Below are positions 1 through 64,000 of a stretch of 64,000 nt of DNA, in pieces (position 1 is the first letter of the stretch; every line of letters starts with the position of its first letter). The DNA comes from Eledone cirrhosa. Lineage: Eukaryota. The notes beneath the pieces are model-generated. The model searched no databases. It saw only the letters and a program-made list of their open reading frames with translations, and was not told where the DNA came from. Both the position numbers and the translations under genes were made by a program. The stretch is from assembly GCA_964016885.1 (NCBI GenBank), contig OZ024741.1, positions 324,880,001-324,944,000 of the forward strand, given 5' to 3'.

Positions 1-209
1 CACATAAGAGCACATGCATGCACATATGTCTCAATAAGGGAGTCTCTACATATTTACTCAACCTGCAAGAAACAGCAGTCAAATCCCTCTCAAATCATAC
101 GAAACCATCTTAAAAAAACCAGTGAAATCACAGACAATGTAGTTTTTAATATATACAGAAAAGACGGGATGGTCATAGCTGGAACGACTTTGATCATTGA
201 TTTGCTTGA

Positions 210-475
210 GCAGAGACAGCAAGAGAGTAGGGGGAGAGAGAGAGAGAGAGAGAGAGTGAGAGAGAAAGTAAGAGAAAGAAAGAGAAAGAGGGAGATAGAA
301 AAAGTGTAAGGAGGTGAGAAAGAGTGAGAGGGAGAAAAAGAGGGAGACAGAGAGAGAAAGAGTGAAAAGAGAGATGGAGAGAGAGAGTGTGAGAGAGAGA
401 AGAGTGAGAGGGAGAAAAGAGGGAAACAGAGAGAGAAAGAGTGAGAAAGAGAAAGAGAGAGGGAGAGAGACAGGG

Positions 476-519
<44 letters not shown>

Positions 520-690
520 TGTGTGTGAGTGAGAGAGAGAAAGAGAGAGAGATGAAGAAAGAGTGAATGGAAAAGAGTGCAAGATAGAGAAAGAAAGAAT
601 GGGAAAAGAGAAAGAGAGAAAGAAAGAGAGAAAAAGAGAAAGGAGTGAGAGAGAAAGAAAGGGTGAAAAAGAGAAGGAAAACAGAAACAA
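210..690. repeat. GA-rich low-complexity tract (CT-rich tracts at 3415-3685 and 41690-41860)
   Basis: Direct reading. Confidence 0.9.
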
Positions 691-717
691 AGTGATATGA
701 AGCGAAGCAGTACTCAC

Positions 718-50478
<49,761 letters not shown>

Positions 50479-51677
50479 TGAGCGGGAAATTATTGTCGTC
50501 TGCAACAGAAACAAAACAGCTTATTAGTTACACAAAAGGTCGAACCAACGTAATTTATAGCAATGTAATTTAAATTGTTGTTTTGTATTTTGTTTTGTTA
50601 TAATATTGTTTTAATATTTTAGTTCCGGGTTTTTACATTGAATCATGGGAAATAATTTAAGACTAAAATTGAATCATCGTAAAGACAAAGAAATATTGAA
50701 CCAACGGTAGGGATTATATCGCTAAAATTCGGATCATAGCGGATTATATCATTAAAAGTAAACCAGTAGATGGATGCAAAATCCATCGATAAATTTAATA
50801 GTGAGTAAGAATGATATCACTAAAACTAGATTATCGTCATCATCGTCATCATCGTCATCATCGTCGTTGCCGTCATCGTCGTCATCATCATAATCATCGT
50901 CATCACGATCAACAACCTTTTATGTCTGCTTTCCATGCTGGCATGGGCTGGAAGGGTTGTCACGGTCCGAGATTAGACGAGCCAGAGGGACCTCATCTTG
51001 TTCATTACGTTCCATGAGTGGCATGGTTTCTACGGCTGGATGCCCTTCCTAACATCAACTATTTTACAGAGCATAATGGGTGCATTTTAAAGTGGCACCA
51101 GCACTACCATTTTAAATTGTGTGCCTAATGTATTTACCATGGCACCAGCTCTAACACTTTAAAAGGTGTAATAGGTGCATTTGTATCGTGGCACCAGCGC
51201 TACCATTTTACAGGGTGTGCTAGGTGCATTTTATCGTGCATTTTATCGTGACACCAGCACTGACACTTTACAAAGCATTCTTATCATGGTACCATTTCTA
51301 GAGAGGTTGTCATATGCCAGACTGAAGAGTCTTCTCTACACTATATTGTTTCCGTTCGATCGCCAACCGCTTTTACAGAATGTATTAGGTGATTTTTATT
51401 GTGACACCATCGACAGCGTCAACATTATCAACATACACAATCGACAAGATTATTATCATCAATAACATCATCATCATCATCATCATCAACAACAACAATA
51501 ACAATAACAACAACAACAATGACATAGAGCCTTCTTGACTTTTAATGAAAGGGAATTTTTCAATTTAGTTAGATCGAACCAACTGAATTTAATAATCGGT
51601 GGTGCTTCATTCCAAATATATGACGAATTGCAGTTGAAGTCGCTGGTCTTTTTAAATTATTACTATTTTTTTCTGAA

Positions 51678-52490
51678 GGGCGGTGGGTTTACAGTAATCG
51701 GTAGACAACATGTTGTAGCATATAGTTACGTCGCTTTACGTTCTGAGTTCAAATCCCGCCGAGGTTAGCTTTGCCTTTCATCCTTACAGAGTCAATAAAA
51801 TTAAGTACCAGTAACGCACTGGAGTCGATTTAATCGACTTTCTCTTTGCCCCAAAAAATTGTTGGCCTCGTGCCTAAAGTAGAAACTATTATTATTATTT
51901 TCTTCTGAAAGTCAGTGAATTGGCAGTATCGGTAGAGCGTCAGACACAATGTTTTGTGGCATAGAGTTACGGCCCTTTACAGTCTGAGTTCAAATCCCGC
52001 CGAGGTTAACTTTGCCATTCATCCTTACGGGGTCGATAAAATAATGCACCAGTAATCTACTGGGTCGATTTAATCGACTTTCTCCTCCCCCAAAATTACT
52101 TGCCTTGTGCCTATAGCAGAAATCATTATTTTCTTCTAAGGGTCAGTGAATTGGCAGTATCGGAAGAGCGTCGGACACATGTTACGTAGCATATAGTTAT
52201 GATCCTTTATGTTTTAAGTTCAAATCCCGCCGAGGTTAGCTTTGCCTTTCAGCCTTACGAGGTTGATAAATAAAGTACCAGTAATGCGCTGGAGTCGATT
52301 TAATCAACTTGCCCCTGCCCCAAAATGGTTGGCCTTATGCTTAAATCAGAAACCACTATCATTATTCCTGCCGAGGTTAACTTTGCCTTTCATCCTTACG
52401 GGGTCTATAAAATAAAGTACCAGTAATGCGTAGTAGGAATTTTTTAGTAGGTATTTGCTGGCCTTGTGCCAAAAGTAGAAACAATTATTA
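51678..52490 (+). mobile_element. Head-to-tail array of four family-A SINEs
   Basis: Four successive head/core/tail units separated by short attatt linkers. Confidence 0.88.
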
Positions 52491-52901
52491 TTCCGGACGC
52501 TAGATTGACAGAGTCAACCATTATTATTATTTTCTTCTGAACACGTTGCAACTTAATATTCAATCTAATGAGCCTTTTGTAGTTTGTCAAATCAGGTGAT
52601 TATGTACTAGGAAAACATTGTATCAGTTTAGAAAAAATGTCTGGTGCTATACATATCAAAATATATTTATAAGTGTCAGGACATATACTGACAAATGTTT
52701 TACAGGAAAATGCCGGACCACTACAGTTGTTTTTTTTCACCCCATTTTATATCATAACAGTTTGGTAGCCGGGCAAGTGTGCAATAAAGTTTCACTGATA
52801 GCTCTGCATAGGCACACCAATTTACACTGCTATACACATACACACAGACACGCGCACACACACACACACATATATATACATACATACATACACACACACA
52901 A

Positions 52902-53054
<153 letters not shown>

Positions 53055-53522
53055 AAAGAATAGAGGTATAACACACAAGTTATTATATATTGGTAAACGG
53101 AATAGAAAATGCTGACAAATTGTTCACAGTTGAAAAATGGTTTAATTAGGAATAAAAGAGTATTAGTAATTGTATGGGTTAGTATTCAGTTGTGGTTTGA
53201 AGTTTTTAAGTTTTTACCGGTTGCGCATTTCTAAATGCTTTTCAAAATTAATTTTGAGATAGAGTGTCCGTGTTGTTTGCTCTGATCTGATTAGTTTTGG
53301 GAATTTTGATTGGTCGGTAGAGGTCATGTGAATGTAAAAGACAAAAGCTGAAAAATATCTTTTGACATGCTAAAATACCCCCCATTGCTTACAGACACAT
53401 TCTTACTGACCATCCCTGCTACCACGAATTACTCTGCTATACACACACACACACTTATCTTAATAGCCATTTGACACACATCCCTGCTAACCATTATCAC
53501 AACATCGAACACCTTACTACTA

Positions 53523-53600
<78 letters not shown>

Positions 53601-54087
53601 TTGTTGTGAAAGAGTCATTTCTCAATCTTGGCGCAAAACCAATTTTTTATTCACATGACCTCTACCGACCAATCAAAATTGTTTTGACCACAAGAATTTT
53701 TGCAAACACCAAGTAGTGCTGGAGCCACTTTTTTAACATAAAAACAGTCTTGGCGTAAAATCAATTTTTTACATTCACATGACCTCTACCGACCAATCAA
53801 AATTGTTTTGACCACAAGAATTTTTGCAACACCAAAGTAGCGCTGGAGCCACTTTTTAAACATAAAAACGGGTAGAATTCCCAAAACTAATCAGATCAGA
53901 GAAAACAACACGGACACTATATCTCAAAATTATTTTTGAAAAGCATTTAGAAATGCGCAACCGGTAAAAACTTAAAAACTTCAAACCACAACTGAATACT
54001 AACCCATACAATTACTAATACTCTTTTATTCCTAATTAAACCATTTTTCAACTGTGAACAATTTGTCAGCATTTTCTATTCCGTTTA

Positions 54088-54131
<44 letters not shown>

Positions 54132-54559
54132 TTGGAAAATGTGTGAGATCCTTGGTACAGTTAGGTATATTTGAATAAAAAGGAAAAGAATGACTTCACT
54201 TGTAGTGTTACATTTTTTTTATTTAATTTTATAATATAATATTATAAAATTAAATCAAAAAATGTTTTAACACTACAAGTGAAGTCATTCTTTTCCTTTA
54301 TTTTTCACACACATATATATACACACATATGAAATATTGTTAAGACAGAGTTGTACATTTACATAATTGTTTTATTGCATAATATATATTTCAATAATAT
54401 ATATTTCAATGATATGGTTCTGCAATGGTTATATCATTGACAGTCTCCATGTGATATCATCAGATGCTCATACAATTATGAGGTGTAGTTATGCAAGTAT
54501 GATGATATGCCGCTGGTAATGTATTACCATCTTGGTGTGATGCAAGGGATACACTACTG

Positions 54560-55020
54560 ACGTGGAGTGCTTTCGGTTTGTTTAAACCAATTTAACCTCG
54601 TAGCGATACAATCTCTGGAGCCAACATTGCGAAAGCGAGGTAGAATTCTGAGGGGTTGACACCAGTGAGCTGGGACTCTAACTTAGCTTCACGTGGGATA
54701 AGGAATACTTAGATGCACATGATCTTAGATGCCTCTGTCCCACAAGACCAGAGAGAGGCAGACTACTTACCTCAATGGCCAAGAAGATGCATACAGAAAG
54801 ATGGAGTGAGTGGACCAGCGCTATTCATACGGACCCCAGAAAACCATGACCAAGTAAGGAAAATGATCGTACATGCGGTGGGGCCAGTATAAGACTAACC
54901 TTTAAGGAACATATGTTTAAGTTCAATGGCATAACATATGCTCTAGAGGAGGGGGCGGCAATTCGTGTCAACATTGTTGGTGATGTGGTCAACCACTTTG
55001 TAGTATGGTGTGGGATAGTT
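54560..55020 (+). mobile_element. Decayed Penelope-like RT fragment
   Basis: LTFKEHMFKFNGITYALEEGAAIRVNIVGDVVNHFVVW resembles the PLE RT motif F.F.G..Y.Q..G.AIG. Confidence 0.5.
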
Positions 55021-56082
55021 CTCTCTATTCCATTCCAAAATTTGCTCCTATACATGAGGCAAGTCCCATTCGCATCATTTTTTATAATATTCATCCATTT
55101 AGCTCCGGATCCTTTATACACCCTGAACTTGTTTTTTTTTATTGTAGCCAGAGAACTGCACGCGGTGAATGAAGTGTTGTATGGGTCTCTCTAATTCTTT
55201 AGGATCGCACATGCGGGACACATTTTTCATCACACTTACTAAGAAACTACAGTTGAAGACACTACTTAAGTAAAATGTCGCACTGTGGGATTGAACCTGG
55301 AATCATCTGCTTGCGAAGTGAAATTGTTAACTACATGTATATGGCCATGTCTGTATAATGGACTACAATCTCCCACTTCTACCAAAAATAAGTAGTTAGT
55401 GTATTGCCCATGCTGTGAATCTATAATTATCAACTACAGAGAGATGAATGAAAGGGGAAAAAATTATATCGGTGGACCAGGCAGCTTAGCGTGTTCTTGG
55501 GCAAGAAGCTTCCTTTTTACATTGATTTACATGATATGACTGTGGGACTCTCTCTCATTAAAACAACTGAGGATCCTCTTCTGAGATACAACCTCGTATG
55601 AGAGCAGCTAAACCTATATAGGTGTGGTCTGTATGAGATACAGCGTCGTAGGAAATGAACTAAACCTATGTAGGTGTGAACCCTTAACAAGAACAATATG
55701 TATAGTGTTGGTAGGACTGGGGCCCCCCTCATTAAAACATCTGAGAAGGTCTGCTAAATCTATATTGGTGAGCTACAAATTTCTTTTTTTTTTTTCAAGT
55801 TTAGGATCTTCGCCGCTTTAAATATACTCATAAGGAAGTGTAAATTTGAATGGACCTTAACTGGTACTTAATTTATACACTCTGTGGAATAATGATGCAC
55901 AAAGTGGTTCAGCTGCGCCGCCAGTGGTCCATGCCAGAATTTTAGTGGTTCAAGGCTAATTTCATAAGACCAAAGAAGTCACAACATATTTTACGTAAGA
56001 CAATTGAAAATCTAAATTAATTAAAAGTAAATTTAACAAATTAAAAGTCAATTTACACGTATCTTATACAATGTATGCAGGT

Positions 56083-56385
56083 AGGTGGCTTAATGTTCGA
56101 CTCACGGTCGTAAAGTCAGGAGTTCGATTCCAAGCGGCGCATTGTGTCCTTGAGCAAGACAGTTTATTTCACGTTGCTCCAGTCCACTCAGCTGGCAAAA
56201 ATTAGTTGTACCAGTAATTCAATAGAGCAGTCTTGTCACAAACTGTGTCACGCTGAATCCCCTTGAGAACTACCTTAAGGGAACACGTGTCTGTGGAATG
56301 TTCAGTTACCTGCAAGTTAATTTCATGAGCTGGCTGTTGTTCCGTTGATTAGACAACTGGAACACTCCTCATTGGAACTGACAGA
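56083..56385 (+). mobile_element. tRNA-derived SINE family B (other copies 5765-6080 -, 13500-13672 -, 24340-24480 -)
   Basis: B-box ggagttcgattcc followed by gtgtccttgagcaagacagtttatttcacgttgctccagtccactcagctggcaaaa. Confidence 0.8.
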
Positions 56386-57798
56386 GATTATTACACAATG
56401 TATTATTAATTCATTAATATAAAATATTTATGACCCACTGTGTAATTAAAAGTTTTTACATATATCTTATTGCAATGGGCTACTTGGTTAATGAACACCT
56501 GTGGTAGCGAATGTTTTCCTACAGTGGGCACGTTGATAACGAACACCCGTGGTAGCAAATTTAGCTTATTACAGAGGGTATTTTGGTAACGAAAGGCAAA
56601 GTTGGCATCGGTAGGATTTGAACTCAGAACGTAGCAAGCCGGGACAAATACTATAAAGCATTTTAATTGACACTCTACCGATTGTGCCAGTACACTACCT
56701 TTCAACTGAAAAATAATAACATTTTCTAAAACTGACATTAATAATTGTTTCTACTTTTGGCACAAGGCCAGCAATTACCCAGTACATTACTGGTACTTTA
56801 TTTGATCGACCTCGTAAGGATGAAAGGCAAAGTTAACCTCGGTGGGATTTCAACTCAGAATGGCAAGGGCCGTAACTATGCGTCAAAACATGGTGTCTGA
56901 CGCTCTACCGATACTGCCAAACCACCACCCATTAATAATGTCAATTACTTTATTTTATCAAAGCCGGAAGGATGAAAGGTAAATTTGATATCGGCGGGAT
57001 TTAAATACAAAACGTAAACAACCGCAAGGCATTTTATTTTCATGTTCTGACGAGTATACCAATCCACTGCCTTGCTAAACAACTATAATAATACGCCATA
57101 TATATATAAATAGGAACAAGTATGACCCCGACAGCAGAGCTCAAGCCGTTTCGACGGCTAATTCTGGACTCAGAATATATATATAAATTCTTCATTTTTT
57201 ATGCATAATTGCAACAACAGAGCTCGCCATTTTTTATTCATATATGCTTTCCCCTTTGCTGTGACCTGTCTTTTTTCTCTTCCCTTGCAGCTATCCTCTT
57301 TCTCTCTCCTTCCCCCTCTTACTTTCCCTCACCCCCTCTGCTAGTCACCCTCTCTCGGCTAGCCTCTTCCTCGCACTTTCACTCACTCACTGTCTGCTAC
57401 TCACCCTCTCTCTCACTTCGTCCATCGTCCCACGCCGTAGGCGATCTTTTTTTTCGCTCACATCCGTACGGTTAAGATGTGTCTTTGTTCTCCTCGTCAA
57501 TATTCGCCTGTTCTTATGTTTGAAATGAATTACTGACTTGATTTTTTCATTTTTTCCTCTCTTTACGTTGCCTCACCATTCGTGTCTGTTTACATGTTTT
57601 TCTCTTTCTCCACCCAACTCTTTTTATCCCAATAACTTATTTTAGTTATTGTATCGCCCTAGGCGGAGGTATATTGTCTGTAATGCGAAGAAATACCTAT
57701 GATGCCTAGTAGACAACTGATGATGGATATTCCTGCTTCTATTTCTAATTCTTCATTTTTTTAATACATAAATGCAACAACACAGCTCGCCATTTTTG

Positions 57799-57851
<53 letters not shown>

Positions 57852-58042
57852 CAACAGTGACATAAACAGGTACTCAAGTTTCGTTGGGTTCTGGGCCCCA
57901 ATTCCTTCAGCCTGTCATGAGAAATACACACACTTATTACAGCAAATTCATTGTGTATAAATATTAAAGAGCAACAGCGGTTATATACTGTATATATATA
58001 TAAATATTAAATCGTGCGAAACCATTTTGCTGATGATGGTGA

Positions 58043-58112
<70 letters not shown>

Positions 58113-58354
58113 CCTTGTCTTATACATCGCCTTTCTTTATTGCCTTCTTCCAGTCATTGCTATGTGCCAGTGCACTTCTTGTGGATTCTCTCTCTGTTGA
58201 CCACTGGCTGCTGATCTCTGTCCTCAGGCATCTTTGCCCATCGCTGTCTTTGACTGCATTTAACTGTTTTAACGGGTGTTCTAGCGATGAGCTTCCACAT
58301 TTTTATATGTATTCAATAAATATATATATATATATATTATATAAATATAAAAAT

Positions 58355-58399
<45 letters not shown>

Positions 58400-58747
58400 T
58401 ATATATATAAATATACATGGAAAGTTATATTTAAAATTGTTGGGTTACAACTAGTAAATATTTATAACTGATATAAAAGCACTCGACAAATATTTGGAGT
58501 ATATTTACAATATTAAATAAATGGAAACTATATTTATAAAACCATATCTATTTCATTATATATATTTCGGGGATATCATATTAACAATATGCTATGCCTT
58601 CCTCAGACAAAATACAATATAAACAGTTTTATAGATAAATAGATTCGACATACCGTTATAACACCGACTTGCATAACCTCTTCAAATGCAAGTCGGTGTT
58701 ATAACGGTATGTCGAATCTATTTATCTATAAAACTGTTTATATTGTA

Positions 58748-58809
58748 TTTTGTCTGAGGAAGGCATAGCATATTGTTAATATGATATCCCCGAAATATAT
58801 ATAATGAAA
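58748..58809 (+). ncRNA. Type I hammerhead ribozyme (mirror copy on minus, 58551-58612)
   Basis: UUUUGU-CUGAGGA-agg..CAUAUU guu AAUAUG..ccc-GAAA uauaua UA^AUGAAA. Confidence 0.75.
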
Positions 58810-58894
58810 TAGATATGGTTTTATAAATATAGTTTCCATTTATTTAATATTGTATATATAAATATATATATATATATAAATATATATATATATG

Positions 58895-58938
<44 letters not shown>

Positions 58939-58958
58939 TGTGTGTGTGTGTGTGTGTG

Positions 58959-59851
58959 TATAAAGTTGCAGTTCCTGTCTGTTTGTTTGTTTGTTCACGG
59001 ACTCCTATGGTTTTGGAGAGAGACTCCCTTAACCATAGATATTCTGAAACTACATTGCCCAGGGTACGTGGATAAGTATATTTCATTTTAATCAAAGGGT
59101 TCCCCGGGAGGGGGGGTCCCGCGGGCACAAACCCCCGCTGAGAATATTTTCCCTTCGATTTCTATGAAATTTAAACATAGGTAAATGACAAGATATGATG
59201 CCTATTCACAAAATTTCAGCAAATTTCAATAATATTAAGACACCCTAATGGGCGTTAAACCCCCTATAGTGAAAACTTTGGCCAATAAATGGAAAAAGAT
59301 GTGTTGTAACAAGATTACATGAGAACTTGATTGAAGCAACCGTTATATTCGGGGCTTACAAAGGTCAAGCTCTTCTCATTCCGATGATTCCACTTATACC
59401 AAGTGATAGCGAGTTGCCTTTTACATTTAAGAGGCTGCAGTTCTCAGTGAGGCCATGCTTTGCCATGAGCATCAATAAGAGTCAAGGTCAAACTTTCAAA
59501 ACCATTGGTATAGATCTGACAAACCCATTTTTTCAGTCATGGCATGTTTTATGTGGCTGTTTCAAGGACTGGAACTTCAAAAAATCTCTACATGTTAACC
59601 AATCAAAGAAAGACAAGAAATGTTGTTTACCCTGAAGTTCTTCATTAGGACAAAGTATGAAATATATTTTCATGTATTTATTATGTTAAAAAATAATGTT
59701 TTCCAATTTTTCATGCATTACATTTTACATTGAGTAGTATTGAAATGCAGAGTTTTTCTCCATAAATTATATCACTGATTTAAAATCAATCATCATTTTC
59801 TTACAAAAAAAAAATGTGTGAAACGCAGCAAGGCGCGGGTAATTCGGCTAG
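58959..59851 (+). mobile_element. Internally deleted Helitron with PIF1-helicase C-terminal remnant
   Basis: LIPMIPLIPSDSELPFTFKRLQFSVRPCFAMSINKSQGQTF; 3' end gcgcgggtaattcgg-CTAG|T. Confidence 0.88.
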
Positions 59852-60149
59852 TATATATATATATCCGCCTATAACTCTTTAACATTTACGCACATAGTAA
59901 ATTTGCTCTCAGTCATTTTACTACAATAATAAGTTCGCTAAGTTCGCTTTCCAATCAGTGTCATGGGTCCTATATTTGTCCTATATTTGTCCCTGTAAAT
60001 AGTTATTTCTCCACAGTTACTCATACATTGAATCCTGTCTGTCATCTGTACATACATGCTGAATGTCTTTGTAATTATATCCTAGAAATAAATTATTAAG
60101 ATACCATTTTTATCTTTGATCACGCCCAGATACCAGTAATGAACATAAA

Positions 60150-61397
60150 CTACCTTCAATGAGTTAGGACTTAGGATAACAGTAGCTACCAACCTCTCTA
60201 GCGTAGATTTCTTAGACATTAAGTTAGACCTTCGCACCCACACCCACAGACACTTCCATAAGCTAAACGAAAAACTCAACTACATTCACAAGGACTCATG
60301 CCACCCTCCCACTGTTTTTAGAAACTTCGTAAATAATATCAGTACTAGAATCTCAAACCTCTCCTCTAATAATGCTATCTTTAACAGGGTGGCACCCTAC
60401 TATAACACGGCGTTAGTTAACAGCGGCTTCTCGCAACCTATCACTTACTCTCCCACTATCAACAACAGCAATAAGAAAAGAAAGCGTAACAATAGACAAA
60501 CTATCTGGTTCTCTCCTCCCTTCTCACTCAACGTTAAAACCAATGTAGGCAAAAAAATTCTAGCCCTCCTAGATAGACACTTTCCCATAGGCCATAAATA
60601 CCGCTCCATCTTTAACCGTCACAAATTAAAACTAGGATACTCCTGCGCTAATAACATGAAGGCCCACATCACCAGCAGCCCTAGGAGCAACACCCCACCA
60701 GGGTGCTCTTGCCGTAAGCCCGAAGCTTGTCCCCTTCAACAGCAATGCAACACACCCGCTGTAATTTATGAAGCTGTGGTCACTTCCAACCGACCAAACC
60801 AACCACAGGAGGTCAAATCCTATGTGGGCATGGCGGAGGGCCGATTTAAGGAACATTTCTTGAACCACCAGTCAACCTTTAGATACCTGGGCAGACATTC
60901 ATCCACGAAACTCGCGAGCCACGTATGGTCCCTCAAGGACTCAGGTATAGACTACTCCATTCAATGGTAAGCCATCACTAAGTCCAAGCCATACGCAAAG
61001 GGAAATCCGTCGTGTGGACTATGTATTGATGAACGAATAAATATTCTAAAGAGATTATGCAATAGTGATTGCCTAAACACGAGAAATGAATTCTTCACAC
61101 GTTGTCCACACGTCTCGAAATACCTCTTGCATAACTACAAAGCTCCGGATTGAATCATTACAACAACATCATCATTTTCTTATCAACTAAAAACTTTTCG
61201 GACTTTTGCAGTTATCTCCCTTATACCTCTCGCACGCATTTTAGTATTGCCTGTGTGAAGTGACCGGTTTCTACGCATGCGCGTTCGTACGGTTGTCCTT
61301 CCTGTTCCGTATAACCATGTCCATTACGAGCTGAAGATCCGCTAAGGTGAAACAATTGTTCTCGGTACGGTGAACTAACTGTTGTGAAACCACTTCT
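60150..61397 (+). mobile_element. 5'-truncated Penelope-like element: RT C-terminus, GIY-YIG endonuclease, 3'UTR hammerhead
   Basis: VDFLDIKLDL..YIHKDSCHP..IWFSPPFS..VIYEA..YVGMAE..CGLC..LNTRNE; one in-frame TAA at 60968, natural stop near 61153; ends in (TA)n. Confidence 0.92.
61327..61364 (+). ncRNA. Minimal type I hammerhead ribozyme in Penelope 3'UTR
   Basis: CGAG-CUGAAGA-uCC gcuaa GGu-GAAA caauug UU^CUCG; stem III palindrome ACAAUUGU. Confidence 0.85.
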
Positions 61398-61770
61398 ATA
61401 TATATATATATATATAGTAATAATAATAAATTTGAAGACCAAAATCCAAAGAGGGCTCGATAAGGATAAATATATATCAGATATATAAGAACCGTAGAGC
61501 AAATACCATTACGTATTTATACCATTTACGTGGTTTTGTCTTTGCGTGTAATTGTTCTCATTGCTCCACATAATGACGTATTATCTTCGTTTTTTTTTCG
61601 TTCTTTCCCAGGGAACGTTTCCACGAACCAAAGTATCGTCTTCCTGTCTTCCTTCAGTTGCAACGTTTTTTGAAATATTTACTTCTGCGTTCACAGATTG
61701 ACTTTTTTAGTTTCAGAAGATCCCGTTAAGGGTGAAAGCAGCGATTCTTTGCTTAAACTTTAATCTGTTA

Positions 61771-61856
<86 letters not shown>

Positions 61857-62303
61857 TAACAGATTAAAGTTTAATCTGTATTAATACTACTACACCAAAC
61901 GACCAGTCCTGTCCATTGTTCAATTGGTCAAATATAGATTAAAATAGGCACTCCCAAAAATTCTTATTTAGATAAAATAAGCCATATACTCATTGTGTTC
62001 TCATTAAAAACCTTCTATATCCTTGTTTACCAGTAAATTGAATTACCATCTGTCATATACTATCCCCTCTCTTCTTCCTTTCTTACAACTCATATAAATA
62101 CTTCAATTTTTCTGATTTTTTTCCAATATCTCCAATTTATCCAATATCTCTGAAGAGGTGACAACTGATTATACATTTGCTATCGAATACTTGCTAACAT
62201 TATATGATTACGCAAGCAGCGATACATAGGTATTCCGTCTGTTACAGAAACATATGTCAATACCTAATAAATTCCTTTATAAAAGCACTTTCATTTTATA
62301 TTC

Positions 62304-62340
<37 letters not shown>

Positions 62341-62466
62341 GTGAGGTTTTTTTTACAAAATGAAAAATAACCGAGGTGTCCTACACGAGTGGAAGTATAA
62401 AGAAAAAGGGATGAAATCGAAAATGCAACTGAAGTCTTAAAACCACAGACCCTCCATCTCAACTCA

Positions 62467-62504
62467 CCTTTTGAAAAGCAGAAGAACTGCGAAACCGGTA
62501 AAGG
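62467..62504 (+). ncRNA. Hammerhead ribozyme with U3-A8 variant core (identical minus-strand copy 63927-63964)
   Basis: CCUU-UUGAAAA-GCAG aagaa CUGC-GAAA ccgg UA^AAGG; all three stems perfect. Confidence 0.8.
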
Positions 62505-62573
62505 AACCAAATAAATATATATATTTTAAAAAAAAATAAGACTTCAGTTGCATTTTCGATTTCATCCCTTTTT

Positions 62574-62638
<65 letters not shown>

Positions 62639-62702
62639 TAACAGATTAAAGTTTAAGCAAAGAATCGGTGCTTTGGATTTTAGTCTTCAAATTTATTATT
62701 AT

Positions 62703-63209
<507 letters not shown>

Positions 63210-63537
63210 TTTCAGATCGCTCTCGAGTGCTATTGGTAACATGTAACCCAGTAAACCTGTCTCATGGTCGGGTCGTCAGCGACTAAACCATTTGCCTCCG
63301 TTGTTTCGTTGTTATGCCACCAGTTCTTTGAGAAAACACCACACCTCTGAACCGGGCATATCAATGAACTAACGGAGGTAAAGTTTGTTCCACCATTATG
63401 TTTTCCTGTTTTTTCTGTTCAAGTTCTAGCTGTCTGTTGAGGTCATAGCTGTTGAATAATGGTTATCAACGAAATATATATACCAGCGAATATGAATAAA
63501 TGAAGTTAATTTTAACCTGTTGACTAAAACTTATTAT

Positions 63538-63568
<31 letters not shown>

Positions 63569-63619
63569 ATTAAGTCAAATATGTAAAATTTGGCTTCGTT
63601 TATTATAAATTATAGATAT

Positions 63620-63674
63620 ACTGCTATATATATTTCGGTGACAGCCATCATTGGCTGTGACCTCTTCAGGCAGT
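63620..63674 (-). ncRNA. Type I hammerhead ribozyme
   Basis: ACUGC-CUGAAGA-GGUcACAGCC aaugau GGCUGUcACC-GAAA uauaua UA^GCAGU. Confidence 0.88.
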
Positions 63675-63786
63675 TCGAATTGGTGTGGGAAAGACAGGTA
63701 CACATGTTGTTGAAGTGTGTTTTACGCCGTCAATACATCGATATGTCCAGCTCCTGGTTGTGTTGTTATTTCTCTGAGGAATTGGA

Positions 63787-63857
<71 letters not shown>

Positions 63858-64000
63858 AAAAAGGGATGAAATCGAAAATGCAACTGAAGTCTTATTTTTT
63901 TTTAAAATATATATATTTATTTGGTTCCTTTACCGGTTTCGCAGTTCTTCTGCTTTTCAAAAGGTGAGTTGAGATGGAGGGTCTGTGGTTTTTCTCACAT

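Noticed and set aside
79-717. Leu/Ser/Phe-rich extension of ORF 79-906 and overlapping ORFs
   Set aside because: Read-through past the gtgagt donor at 717 into GA/CT low-complexity intron; only 718-881 is exon.

Overview
AT-rich, microsatellite-dense eukaryotic genomic DNA; the SINE families and (TA)n density suggest an octopus or other cephalopod (inference). The window holds the first 13 coding exons (518 codons, minus strand, 50478->718, continuing past base 1) of a Draper/CED-1/MEGF10-11-like engulfment receptor (signal peptide, EMI, NIM, EGF-like repeats), assembled by hand with consistent GT-AG sites and phases. Introns and upstream DNA carry a full-length Tx1/L1-clade LINE inserted in (ATT)n, relics of RTE, R4, CRE, Penelope and Helitron elements, and many tRNA-derived SINEs. 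Most notable: (1) about 20 minimal type I hammerhead ribozyme motifs, intact or decayed, in short, often fold-back, Penelope-derived inserts in (TA)n, including a U3-A8 compensatory core and a strand bias against the host pre-mRNA; (2) a candidate -1 ribosomal frameshift signal within Tx1 ORF1; (3) a 3' tail and (ATT)n target shared by the dominant SINE and the Tx1 LINE. Repeat boundaries were read by eye and are approximate.
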